Positions 25,205-39,592 of a DNA stretch of 64,000 nucleotides are shown piece by piece. The translations under genes were made by a program, and so were the position numbers. Each line of letters opens with the position of its first letter. The stretch's first letter is position 1. Under the pieces are notes generated by a model. It was not told the DNA's origin and made no database searches. It saw only the letters and a program-made list of their open reading frames with translations. The DNA comes from Lingula anatina (Eukaryota > Animalia > Brachiopoda), in assembly GCA_051362555.1 (NCBI GenBank), contig CM120646.1, positions 3,906,001-3,970,000 on the forward strand, written 5' to 3'.

Positions 25205-28200
25205 AAAACTCCGTGAACAGATTGAAAACACTTGATTGACTTGGCTGATTATGACCTTAAGCTTTCGACCTTCCCTCGGAGTTTAAGTGAAGCTTACTGA
25301 CAAGTTGAATTGGGCGTTTTCTCTGTTTTGCAAATAAATGACAGCATGAATAAAACAGAAAATTATCATTAAATTATTTCTTCAAAATTTCATCCCTTCC
25401 TGAGGAGTGCAGTGAATTTCAAGATGGACAGATTGCCTGAGCAGAATTGATGTGCCTTTTGTATCAAAGGAAACAGAAAATTGATTATAAGAACTTGTGC
25501 AAATCTGGATACTCTTGGGTATATGATATATTTGTTTAGAGCAATGTTCAGTTAAAGCCTTTTTAGATAAATTGAATGTGGAAATAAGAACATTAACATC
25601 AATGTCATCACATTTTGTTTGGTAAAGGAGAACATTGCAGTGCAAAATTGATGGGCCTGAGGTATCAGAATTCTAAATTTGGTAATTTGTTACTAGACAG
25701 TTTAGATACCACCAAGAGAAAAAAAGATACATTTGGTGTATGATATGTTTGTTCAGTGCATTGTTCAATTGAAATGATGTTCTCGAAAAAAAAAAAGTTC
25801 AATATGTAAAACATGTTTGATATTCTGGAGTTATGACACATGTTCTACTGACACTAGAGCTGTTGAAATCTCCAAGATTTGTCAACAGAAATTGTACCTT
25901 TCTCTCTGGCTGAAATCTCCAATAAAATATGTCACTGGAAATTTGCCTCTTTTTCTTTGAATCAGTTAGAAAGTGGGAAGTTGGATGACAAATATTTAAA
26001 ATACAGCATATATCAAGGTTATAACTAACCATTTCATACCTGACTGAATCATCTTTATTATTATTTATAGCCATATTTTATTTTCAATTCTGAAAAACTG
26101 ATTAAAATGACAATACAAAGCTTTAAGCCACTTTGACATCAGACAAAAATGACAACTTATCTGACTGTATACGTAGCAAAAAAGAAATGATGCCTCATTG
26201 GTCACCTTAAAAAGCTTCTCTGTTTCAAAGAAACTGGATATATCTTCTGTACATTTTACAATCTGATAAACTACATACTAGAGTAAAAAGAATGTATTTC
26301 TTCAAAAACATACAAAAATTACTCTATCTACAAGCAATATAGTATGCAGACAATTTAACATTTGAGCATTGCATGTTTTAAATAACTGCAGATTTTGAAA
26401 AAGTCAAAATATTCATTTAAAGGGTTTAATTTATCAAAACTGAAATTAAACTGCAAAATATGATTGCACTGTCAATTTTAAAGTATATACACACTGAATA
26501 AATAATAATGATAATCCCAATAAGGGTGAACTGTATTGCACAAGCATAGTAAATTAAACAACCAAGCACACTTGTTCAATACATGTAGGTGTATCAACAA
26601 AATTAAATATGCATCAAAATTAAGCACTTCTTTCACAAAACAAATTCACATATAGTCCAAATCAAGTTTCTGTTGGAGATCCAATGCTTCTTGACTATTG
26701 CAACCAATTTTGACTGCATTTTTAAAATAACATGCACACCACAATTTGGCCCACCACCCAAACTTCAAAGACATCATTTCTATTTTATTAAATTCTTTTT
26801 CTTGAAATGTCTTTGTTTATTGTCTGTACATGTGTCACCTTTAATGTCTAGTTTATTTTTGATGTCCACCACTCTGACTTTCTATGAATCAAAAGGTGTA
26901 TTAAAACACACTCCCTGAATACATTTTTGAATATATTGTTCATTCTGTTTTTGGTATTAAAAGCCCCTGTGATTTTTTTTTTAATACAGGTGCTCGAATT
27001 TTCACAACAATGCATATTTGAGTCATAATGCTAACCAATCCCAACACACTTTCATAAGATTAAAAATAAATTCCAAACTTTGTTTGTAAGTTTACTGTAA
27101 TAACTTTCACTTGATTTAGTACAATTCTCACACTAACATGTATCTGACCTACCTTGGAAACATAACAAAAATGCATGTACAGCAAAGAGCAGAATTTTTA
27201 TCTACACTGATTGCAATTGCCCAGCATTTGCATTTCTCTTATTCAATTATGACTTTTAAAATGAAATAAAAAGAAAATATTCCTCAAATGAAAATTATAG
27301 TAAACTGAAATCTGAGGATAAAAAATATATTTGTTTGGTCAATGCATTAACCCAAACTAAAAAAAGAATAAATTAATATACCGTATATATTCCATCAACC
27401 AAAACCACTGCTTGAATTTGCAATAAATGTAATTCTGAAATTCAAAAAAGACATAAACAAATGAGTACTGGCTGACTTAATATAGGTTGCCTTGACAACG
27501 ACAAGTAAGATTGTCAAATGTGTAATGATCGTACCCTGCTTCGCACCATCTTGTCAGCAAAAACTGTATTGCACAACCTTAATACTGATATCAAACTGTT
27601 CAGAGATTGGGCAAAATCTTATAAATTACAAAGAAAACAAAATAAAATATGTCCACTGTTCTGACTGGTAAAAAATAAGCAAAACTTGTAAAAAAAAAGT
27701 CAGTGTCAGTTATGATGACACCTTTGGATTTATATCAATATAATAATATGGATTGCACTAATCTTGAAAGCAAAATTATTTTGATGCATTACCTCTTAAA
27801 AATGTACAGGGGCAAAAAAATTAATATCATTGCACAATAATAGCAACCATTAAGACTAACATGTAAAATGTGTTAGGCATAGCACTCCATTGGCCTTGGT
27901 TCTTACCAAACATGCAATGAATCTTAATAAATAAATAAATTAACATACATTTATAATACATAAGGATGTAAAGCAGCGAGCCATAATATTCAGTATATAC
28001 CAAAGAATGGCCACCAAAAAGTTCACATGAATTATCATATAAATATTTGTAATAGCACAAATCAAATAAAATTTATGAAGAAAAAAATATTGCACTTAAT
28101 TATGATTAATGATATTTAAACATCGGAGTAATTTTTGGAGACACTTTTCCTTTAAATATGAATAAATCCTGGGAAATTTACACTTTCAATGTGGCAGCAT

Positions 28201-29665
28201 CAGAATCATGAAATGTGCAGTTAAAAAAAGAATTACAATGCTGTATATGTCCATGAATTGTCTTTTCCTCATGCACTTTGGAATACAGTAAAACACTCCA
28301 TTTATTTCTTCTACGTAATTGAAACTGGATTTTACAACCTCTTCCAAGAAAGCATGTTGCAGCTGCTATATCATCATTTCCATGGCTACAATTTTTACAA
28401 TCTGTATTCAGAAATGCAAACATCAATTTTTGCAAATTCATAACATATACGAAAATTATTTACCATATATAGCTTTGATATATCCAAAAACAGGTACTAG
28501 GCACTAGAAGCTTCTTTGGCATTTCATGTGTCACCTTAGTCTCCAATGTCATTGTGCCAAACTATCTTTTGCACAGATTCGCCCTCCATCTTCAACAATT
28601 AAGTTGGCCTTCAAAAATAACCTTGTCCTTCACCAACAACCTTAACCTTTACAATGTGTAAATGTGGCCAGCTGTATGAAAGCGAAACTTCTTTTTGTGC
28701 GAATCCAGAAAACTCTCCCAAGTAACACGAAGAACTGCTGCCCAGTGACTCTTCTCCATTTTCAAATCCTTTTGGAGAATCCCCCGTTCAGTCTTTGGTA
28801 TGTAGCTATATAGTCAGTAATACTGTCTTTTATGGTAGCATACAATACAACTCTGACTAAAAAACTGTTCAGGTTTTTGAGGAGCACAAGACTTCTAGCA
28901 GTGCACATTCCATTTGAATTTGGCCAATAGAAAAGTCATTTTGTCATTTTTTTCTGAATCTCTTGTGATACAGGAACTTCCTTGATAAATCTAGCTACTG
29001 GCTCCATGTCTTCATGTGTTGACTTATCCTTCCTTTAAGACCTTAAATCCCATTTGTATATCTCTACATTGGAAAGTGTTAGGCATGTTTTGCCACAATG
29101 AGGAAATTAGGAAGTGGATTTAAACATCTGGCACTGAATGCTGTGGAAATAATCACATGCAAATTTAACATCTCATCAGTTTCAGTCGAGAAGCTAAGGC
29201 AGTCAAGCAGATTGTTGTCTACTATATCAGCTTTCTGAAACTTCTAAACAGCCACAATCTTCTCCTAGAACTGGAAAAGTAATGGGCACATGCTGCAAAT
29301 ATAATTACTCAGAACGTATTTCTTTCCACAAGAATCAGATTCAACAGACTGCCAGTTGTCTGAATGTAAGATTGCCATTCATGTCCCAATACCTAAGTTG
29401 TATCTTAGTTTTGAAACTGAGAAGTAAATTGGATTAACTGTTTCTTGGTTCTAGTATCTTCAGTGGATCTAGTCTGTTAATAGACACTGTTACTTGGCAA
29501 CTGTTCTAAGGCCTCAAACAACCAGAACAGGAATTCTTTGCTTTCTATCAAACCACAATAATAACCAACCACTGTGACATTATTTTGTATCCGTGGATAC
29601 TATAGGTTGCTAGGCATAAAGCTTGTGTGTTCTTAGTTATAGTTGCTATGCACTGTTTTCAGGTA

Positions 29666-32600
29666 TTAAACTACAGTAAAATCTTCCGTGTATCCTTGGA
29701 TATAGTGCTTGTCTTGGCTATCAGGGACATCCACCAGGAGGCTACCAGAAAGGTCACTGTTGCTAACAGTGCGGTAGATTCTAAAACAAGAATTCATTCA
29801 ATTTTTTTTATTGTGGCACAATATATTAATAAACTAGTATGGAATCATTAATATAGAAGTCCTACTTAAAGGGGGGAAAAAACTTTTATTTTCCTTGTAC
29901 AGAAACAATTAATAATTTTAAAAGGAAAAGATGGTTATATAAATGTCTTCAGTAACACATCCACTTCATCTTTTACAAAATTTTATGAATTACTTGTCAA
30001 TCAATTCCAGTTGACCTGTTAATTGGGTCATTATCTTAATGCTCCATGTTTTATCTTCCCATTCCAGACACACCTACCCCTGTCCTCTACGTATCTCACC
30101 TGTCAATCTCTTCCCATCTTACCTGTCAATCAACCCTACTTCCTCCTCCTCCTGAGGGCTGGCCAGGGCAGGTTTGGCCAATGACATCATCAGGGGGCGG
30201 TTCTCGTCTGTCCCTGGTGTGTCTGGTGTCACCTCATACTTGGCAACTGGGGTGTAACGCCGACCTTCAAAATAATGGTAAAAAATGGTAATGGTAAAAA
30301 GATTAACTTTTGTTATGTGACTAAACTGCAAAAAAAATTCTTGACTTAAATATTTTCAGGGTGCTTTATATATGATTGCTTTCTATTTATGTATTATTAG
30401 AAGACAATTTGCATGCACCATAATTAGAACGCATGTGCACAGTCACATACACACACATAATATGATTACAACGTTACACAACTTACTTCTCCTTCGAACA
30501 TAGTAAGGGTTTGACTCAGATTCTGTGTAGGGGTAGGAAAGATATCCCTCTGAAGGGCTGGAAGGCCTGTGGTGCCCTCTATCATCGAAGGCATAAGTTA
30601 TTTCCTCACTGTTTGTAGTACTTGTACTGCTAGGGCGAATAGGCCTAAAGAAGATAGATGTATATCAAATGTCATAAGGTGGATATCCACACGTGATAAG
30701 CAGGTTTCTTTTGATGTTACAGTGGCACAGTCTCAAATATACAGGAAGAGTGACATAACAAAAACAACTGACAGCATACTAAATGATACCTTCTCAAAAG
30801 TTGGCATTGTTCGAAAAGCACTGCAATTTCAATATAAACTTACACTGGGGCTCCTCTTGGTTGTCGCATGACTTTTTTACTCAGCACGTGACCCCTACTC
30901 CTACGACGTCTGTGAGGACTCTTTTTACGCCGTGGTAGAGGGTCGTAGTCGGTTGTGTCACTAGAGAGGTCCAATTGGGAAGGCCTCCGCACTCTGTTTT
31001 CTGTGGGCAGAATAACACATGATTAGAGTGATGACATTCATAATTGTACCTTTACAGCAAGTCTTGACATTATGGTATATTAAATGTACATCATCACCCA
31101 AAATCTAAACATACATCTTTAGATATACAATTAACTGATACAAGCATGGTATTTTTCAAGATGAAGTTAACATTTCACCATTGATGTTGCTTGGAATTTT
31201 GGTCATCTGGATTCTGATTTTCCTTTTAAAATAGCCTGTATGTACTAGTAGATCCCAAATAAATAAATAAATAAACATTTTTTAACAACTTTTACACTCA
31301 CGTTCATACAAAGGCACTTCACAAGCTGCTTGTCTACGCTCGTCTGGCCTCGGTGGCGACTGCGTAAACTGCCGTATGCCCGGCTCAGTCACCGTGGTGT
31401 CTGAACTATTATCAGTGGGCTGGGGGGTGCCGATGCTGTCCTCTTTCTGGTTTTCAGAGTCTGGAGGAGTCACTGTGCTCGGGAAACCGTTGTGGAATGC
31501 TAGCATCAACTCATCATGGTTGGAGGATACTGTGGTGACGCTGGATATGGCACTGTTTCTTTGCCCAGCTGAAATCCGTAATAGTTGAAATTTATCATTA
31601 TGCATAATACAAGAAATAAATTCAAATACTTATCTTTATTTTTTGGTCAAAAATTATAATACATTTAAGAAGTTGCATGCATGAAAATGAGAAATAATAT
31701 GAGAGAATTAAGCAGACTATAAAACTCCACATTCCTAATAATGTAAACTGCATAACTGAAACCTCTAAAACAGAAAATTGTTTTTTTATGCAAAGACTTG
31801 AGGTATATCATAGTGTTCACATACTAGTATTACACTTTGAGATAATGGTAGATTAGTATCAGTCTACAATTAAGTAAAAAACTTTTGATTTTCCTTCATA
31901 CCTTTTTCACAAATTGACGACATTTGTGATGGCGGTCTAGAGTTGGAAGGGATGCTATACGTCTGATGGTGGTGGGGCGGTGGCCCTGGTTTACCATTTC
32001 TCCCCGTAAACAAGGCATGTATGGCGTCTGCGCTGGCAAACTTTCGTGGACTAAGACCCACTCCTGTAGCTGAGCGAGAAAAAAAATTAGGAAAATGTAT
32101 AGAACAAAGTTAATTCAATCAAAACAGATTCTTTAAAAAGAAGAATGCAGCAAATTGCAGCTTTTAAGATCACTGCAACATGGCATTTTAGTATAACACT
32201 TGTGGCTTGTATCCTTTATGTAATCAATTTATTCATTTTCAAACAGACCGTAAGGGAATATCATTTTTTAATGAAAGCAATAAAACTTTATTCAATATAA
32301 CATAGTATATTGATCACTATAAGCCAGATGCGAAATATTTGATCTTTTTTTACAAAAAACATTATCATAGATTAAAATATTTTCATAGGCCGAAATTTCA
32401 AATGCATAGTTAATATCTATTTTTGATAAATTATTTCAATTTGCTTACCTTGCCTGTATTTAGGATGACTCAGCAAATTAACTTCTGGTAGTACGTTAGC
32501 TGTGGCAGTGCTGATGGGAGGCGGAGGTGGGGGCAGCGCAAATGGAAACTTCTCCGCAAACTAGTGATAAATGATAACAACATGAAAAAGTTATAAACAG

Positions 32601-35600
32601 CATACAGAGCCCAGTTTTAATATGTACAAATTAACCTAAAGAGATGAAATTTTCAAATGATTTCATCAATAAATTGGTTTTTATTCCCTTCTTCTTCCAC
32701 ACAACCTGTCTTCACTACTGCATTGCTGATCACAAACTAGCATGCTTCTTTACCTCTGATTTTGCAAACACAATGAAGTCTTGTGAACCTTACTTCCACC
32801 CCCCCCCTCCCCGCCCCCCAACATACAACATGGCTGTCTGTTCTTCCCAACCGAAATGTGACTCACCTTTCTCTGAGCCTCCGTCTTCTCTAACGCAACG
32901 AGATCCTGTGAGCCATGCTGTGGAGTGTGTTTGTGTTTTGTAAAAGTCTGGAGCAGTGGAGTCCTGATTGGTTGTAATGGTGGCGTAGGTCCTCCTGGTT
33001 TTGGGTAGCAGAAAGTGGCGTACGGGTTGATAAAACCATCTGAGTCAACTGTCAAAAATCAAATCTTTATTTTAGTTAAAAAATGTAAATAGGGTTTAAA
33101 AATGCAAATTCAAAAACACTGACAGCTAATTTTACACATTTTTCTCACTTTTACCACACTTAATTTCATATTCATTTTAATCAATAAGTATGAAGCCTGA
33201 TCATTTGATTATGTTGACATGCATAATTAAAGGCATCTTAGGTATATCAATTATGGTTCTCAAAATATTTAAGTAAAGAGAGTCAAATTAAGCAAAAGCA
33301 CATTTTCTAAAAATATAACATGTTATGGCTATTCCATAAAAAAAAATAAAAATAATAAAATAAATAAAAATAATGATAACTCCTTACTACCTGAACCAGC
33401 CATTTCCTGCTGTGCATTCTGAGCATTCTCCTGATTAGTCCAATCTGTGTTTGGCCCCGGCAACTCCTCATTTGATTGGTCCATGATGAGAAGATTGACA
33501 TTTCTCAGGTGTACTGGCTCTGGGGTATACCCCAAGGAGTTGGAGCTGTCAGAATCTTTATCGAAACGTTTGTCAAGGTCGGTCATTAGAGATGTTTCAG
33601 CTGTTATGTCCCTTCTCAAATTTGACTTGGCTTCTGTTATAACAAAGATCAAAGCCAGTTAAAAGGAAGAAAAATGCTGACAATGTTTTTTTAAATTTTG
33701 TTTTTAATTTTACTTTAATTCTAAAGCTTTTATCTCAAAATATCTAATATATTAACCTTCAGCGAGTTTTAATTTTACTTTAATTGTAAAGTTTTTATCC
33801 AATAATATCCAATATAATAACCTTCAGAGGCCCTTGTGAAAGATAACTTTCACTTGACGTTTTGTCCTCTTCAAACAAAAAGGAAAAAAATAAGTAAAAA
33901 ATTGCTTGTTTATAAGATAATTTATAGTTTACTTAGCCTTCCCTACCTTTCCATCTCATAGCCTCATGGCGTCTCTTGCAGTACAGAGCAGTACCCAGAG
34001 ATATGGTAATGACGAGGACGAGAGCTAAGCTCAGTGGCACCATGACGTGAATCTTTTGGTAGAACTCTGGCTCATACTTGTGGGTAATCATTATAGGGGT
34101 GATGGTACCTGAGATCACAATTTTAATAAATAAATAAATTTATAAATAAATAAATGAAAATGTTGCATTGTTAAAAGTGTTTGAATGTAACAATGTCACA
34201 ATATATACCCCTTATAACTTGCAACTAAATATCCGACCTGAGGATTATAATTTAATCTGGCTTAAACATTTTCCAAAATTGTTACAATCTTGATTTCAAT
34301 AATATAAAAAACATATCTGTTTCACTGAAATAAAGAAGGATTTCATTCCAAGGCAAACTGGTTACTTTCACCTAGTGATTCTATGTACATTCCATGCAAT
34401 GGTTATTTTGTACTAACATTCATCTAGATCTTATACGCAAAAAGAATGAAATAAAAAAAGATAAAAACTAATGTGCAAATCAAAACCTATGGGCTGGTTT
34501 ACATGCAAATGAATGTTTGTACATTAGTATATACATTCTGTACTAGGGAGGTGTATTATTGTGTATTATGTGTACCACTGTGTCAGATTTCAAGGCCCAG
34601 ATCTAAAAGCATGCCCTTCTGAAGTGAAACATTCTCATCAAATAAATCAAATAAGTTCTAACTATGATCTACAGAACTTGTTTCCTTTTTCAGACACATA
34701 CACATATACAGGGTATCTAAAATAAAGATGTTAAATTACATATCAGGTTCATTCTGATTCATTCCAGTCAAGTTCTAAAAGACTGCAACCCATATATAAA
34801 AGATAAATATCAACGAGAAACAATAAAAGTTTGCCATTCCATGGACACATTGAGATGCATGCAATTTGTCAATAAAATCTGATTAAGGAACTCACTTGAC
34901 AGTGAAAAATCCATAGGAAGAGAGTCAGGGAGTTTTTCTACAACAACAACATCAGAAACATTACGTTAACAGCTTTGACAACATGAATACAAAAAGATGA
35001 GACATCATTTAACAGCACCTGTACACTGTACAACAAAGACTGTAAAATACAATAATAATAATAATAATAATGAAAATTATGATGAAGATCAAGGTAAAAA
35101 ATTAACAGATTGAGACAAAAAAGTACACACCACAACATGACACACGTCACAAAGAATAACATGATACATTTACATCTGACCACACCTGACAACAAGACTA
35201 AATAGGTAACAATCCCATGTCAACAATATGTATACCAATCCAGGAAAACCCGTAATTCCCCATAATTCATTCACACAAGGAAATCAATATGAAGACATAT
35301 TTGCCACACCTTAAACAGTACTAAAATATATCAACTTACCTCCAGTATAAGTCAGAGTAGCAAACTTCAGGACAGATTCTGTGGAACCAGCATCACTGTT
35401 AGCTATGACCTTCATGATGTACCATGTGGCAGGGTGTAGATCTTCCACTAGGTGGCTCTCCTGGGGACAGAAATAATCAACAAAATAATATGGGATGTCC
35501 AATAAAGTAACTGAAATATGATAATGTCTGTCTCGTTAAAAAGACAAGAAATTGTTGTGTTAAGAGAGAGAGAGAGAGTCAGAGAATATTTTGATTGTTC

Positions 35601-38600
35601 AGAATAAAAACAAATATTCCAAAAAAGAAAGATATCAGAGGTCAAAGGTTACAGGTCAAGGTCACCAACCTCAAGGTCACTCCTGGTCACTGGTATTGTG
35701 GCCCAGTTACTATCACCCCACACCTGATACTTGACCGTAAAGGAGGTGATGGGGCACTTGTCTGTCTGCCAGGAGTTTAAATTCAGTGTGATAAAAGTAG
35801 AGTTAATATGCTCCAGTAGCATACTCTGTGGTGGCATGATGGGGGCAGAACCATTGGTTTTTGTGGTGATGATGTTGCTTAGGTCTCCCAGGCCAATACT
35901 GGAAATAAGACGAAGGGAACAGTGAAATAAGAGATTGTGGAACAGTTTATTTCAAAATGTCAAAGGTTGTCTAAACAGTGTTGTCAAACTTACTTTTCTT
36001 CTTCTGTAAACAAATTGTTTTTATCTTTAAATTTGACAGCATATAAACAGTATTTTTTATATCTTCATATCCCTTTCTTCATTTATCAGTCATACTTTAT
36101 CATTTGTCTTAGGTGTAAGTAAAAACATGTGGACTGCACAAATGTATCACAGTAACAGGATTCCTGCCTTAAACTGTAACAATAACAGTTGAAATGATCA
36201 TATGGTTAATTCCACAAACACTGGTGTCTCAACCAACCTGTTTCTAGCTTTCATCTTAAATCTGTACTGCGTGCCACACTTTAAGTTCTGTGCCGTGTAT
36301 GTCCTGTTCTGTGGTCTTGTGGTCACTTCAGTCCAGTCCTCGTGGTCAGCCTTGTACATCAAGATGAACCCTTAAAGGGATAACAACTCTTCATATGAGA
36401 TCTATATTTCATAATAAATACACTGTAAACAACTTACAGAAATATGACAACTTCTATTTTACCAACAAAATGGCAGCTTGCTTAGATGGCTTCCCTCTGT
36501 AATAATCTCTAAAGAAATTAAAACAAAAAAACAAACTTTTTTGGAAAAGAGCCAAAAGACACGTCATACTTAATAGAAGTGAGCTCTAAATCAAAAGCAC
36601 AAATATTCGGATAGTGTAATTACATAATTCTTAAATAACCTGATTACCCACTTTAAGAACTTTATGTGAATTTCTACAAAAAGTAAGACAATTTGGTTGC
36701 CAAATATATAATCAATAACTTTGTTAATCATTGTTCTGCCGTGTTTCTCACATTATTCTACAATCTTTTTTCACAGAATAATTAACTAATTACTAAAAAA
36801 TTATTTAAAAAATAATAAAATCCACTGACCAAAATTTCTGCGGTTATACGTACTACGTGTGAAACATGGTTAAAATAAAGTTTCTGTATAGTTTACAGCT
36901 AACTGTACATCTATTCAGTTTTGACCATGTACATGTATAACTGGACCATCTTCCTTATTGTGTTCATTTTTATTTTCACTCATCATCTCCCACCTGTTAT
37001 TGTGCTGCCGCCATTGCTGCCAGAGCGCCAGTTCACCTGGACTGACTTCTCTGTTGTCACGGCAACTGATATTGTAGGGGCCCTGGGGGGTGCTGCAAAT
37101 GTAAAGAAAAGGTTAGGTTATTTATAAAAAGGAGAAGTTTTTTAAAAATGATCAGACAGTTTTTATTTGAGCCTGGATTAAAAAGAAAGTGAGTGGACTA
37201 GTTGAAAGACAATTTACTCTGTACAACATAAATAAATAATGTTAATTGTAAACAAATACATTTTAGCATAGGTATATATATGTATGTATATGCTGCAATG
37301 TTGACCTGTAAGTTATCTAGAAAAATGTCTTTATTTATTTCAAAAGGCAAATTTTCAATTAGAGCCAAAACAAAAAATAACTTTATAAAGTGAAGACTGA
37401 ATACAAGAAAGCCAGTGACACTTAAAAATTCTATAAGCTCAATGTGATGTTTCCTTAAATGCCCCCTTATCATTTCAAAAATAAAAAAAAAATAATTGTA
37501 CATGTGTCACATTAAAAGAAACTTAACTGAAAAAATACACAATAATACAGTGTAAACATATTGTTAGTGCAGAATAATTTCACAATCACAAATTTTTTCT
37601 AAAACAAAACTTAAAAATATTGGGTGTTTCTATAACTGTATGATAAAACAAATAATATCATTCTGAGCATTTTATACATTCATATTTTTCAAAAAAAAAA
37701 AATAGTCACACTTTCTAGTAATTCATAAAATCACCAAAATTGCTTATAATACACCACAACCACGTAACAAGATGATTAGCAAAATCATTCAGAATTATTT
37801 CATCATTTTTTACACAAAATGTTAAGTACAAATGGCCACGTAACTTTAAAACTCCACCACGATCACATGACTGCACAAAGCACATGCAAATTACTAAGGA
37901 ATACAAATCACTAATATCTTGTATTTCCATTTTTGATAGGCTGCCTCTAAACCTAAATTTAATGATCCAGAGGAAGTCTCACCAAGTAAAAAAACAGTCA
38001 AATTGGAATTAAATGAGGCATCCAGTAAGGCATTATAAATAAAACAGATTCTGGTACATTCAGCATGTTGCCATGGTTTTAGGCTGTTTCACTAAAATAA
38101 ATTTTTTGTTTGTCTGTTCAAGAGTCAATTCATTCCCTTTTAAGTTAGATCTGAAAAGATCACAACCAGAGAATTACAGTCCCTGAATCTGTTTTATTTT
38201 ATCCTCAAGTGAATGTCCCTAGGTAATCACACCAGGAGCTGACTAAAAAAAAATCATATAACTATAATCACTACTGTAAACTGTCACAGTGGTAAAGATT
38301 GGATCTGAAAACTGGATCATGGTGTTGTTTGTAAAGGATCAAAATCTCTGAGATATACTTACTCCTTATGTCACGATTGACTGATATTGGAAACAAAACC
38401 ATATGTCTTAACATTTCATACTCTATAAAATTTATTCAAATATGTAAATTTTTGTTACATGAATTAGGAGCACATTTTCACGCTCACTTCATGATGCTAC
38501 AAACTCACTCATACAATGTTGAAAAAATGAGGCATTTCCAATAATGTTCTGAATAACAATTACAAACTTATCATTTCATTAGATACTTAGTAGAAAGAAT

Positions 38601-39533
38601 TTCATTTTGGCCCCAAATTAAAAAAAAAAATGTAAGCAAGGGAGCTTGATTGAAATACTTACCCTGCACAATTAGAGATATCGTGATCTCGTCCGTACCA
38701 TACTGGTTCACAGCCTGGCATGTGTAGTTAGCGGCGTCTACGCCTTGCACGTCCACGATTTCCAGCGTGCCGTTCTCCAGGATCTTCACATGTGAGTTGT
38801 CAGGAGTTAGAGACACGCCTCTGTGGGTCACATGAATTATTAAATCAATCAATCATAACAAATGAAAATGTTATGGAATAAGAACACACATGTAGAACTA
38901 AATTGATAAATAAATTGGAAAGGTGTATTTTCAAACATAGTTTTGGAATTGATAAAAATTTCAACTATTAACTTAAAATGATAAAGATAAATCAAGGTAT
39001 TTTTTGTATTTAGTAAATACAAATTGATAATGAATAAATTCACACTGTAAAAAGGAAAAACATGACAAAAAATGATGAAAACATTATGAGACTGCAAACC
39101 TTTTCCTCCACTGAATGGAAGGTATGGGGTCACCCACAGTCAAACAAGGGAGCATCACATTCTCTTTCCAAGGAGTCAAAACTCTGGCTGAAAAACTGGC
39201 CACACGGGCAGCCACTGGAAAGATTGAAACACACATGAAAATGTAGAATATTGTAAAATATAAATTCTGCATCAAAAAGGATTTTACAAAAATTTTCTTG
39301 GCTAGCAGAGAAGAAAAATGATATAGTTACATTCAATCCTCAACTGGACAAGTTTTAATTTTCTGAGGCTGTAACCCTTATATATTAGAACATAAATAAT
39401 CTTGTATATATGTGATAGAAACAATTGTCTCCCAAAAATTGCCCTTGTAATATATACAAGTGTTGCTTGCCATACAACTTTCTCACTACTCCAATGGTCA
39501 TCATATGGTATCTCTCTCTCTCTCTTTCACTTA

Positions 39534-39592
<59 letters not shown>

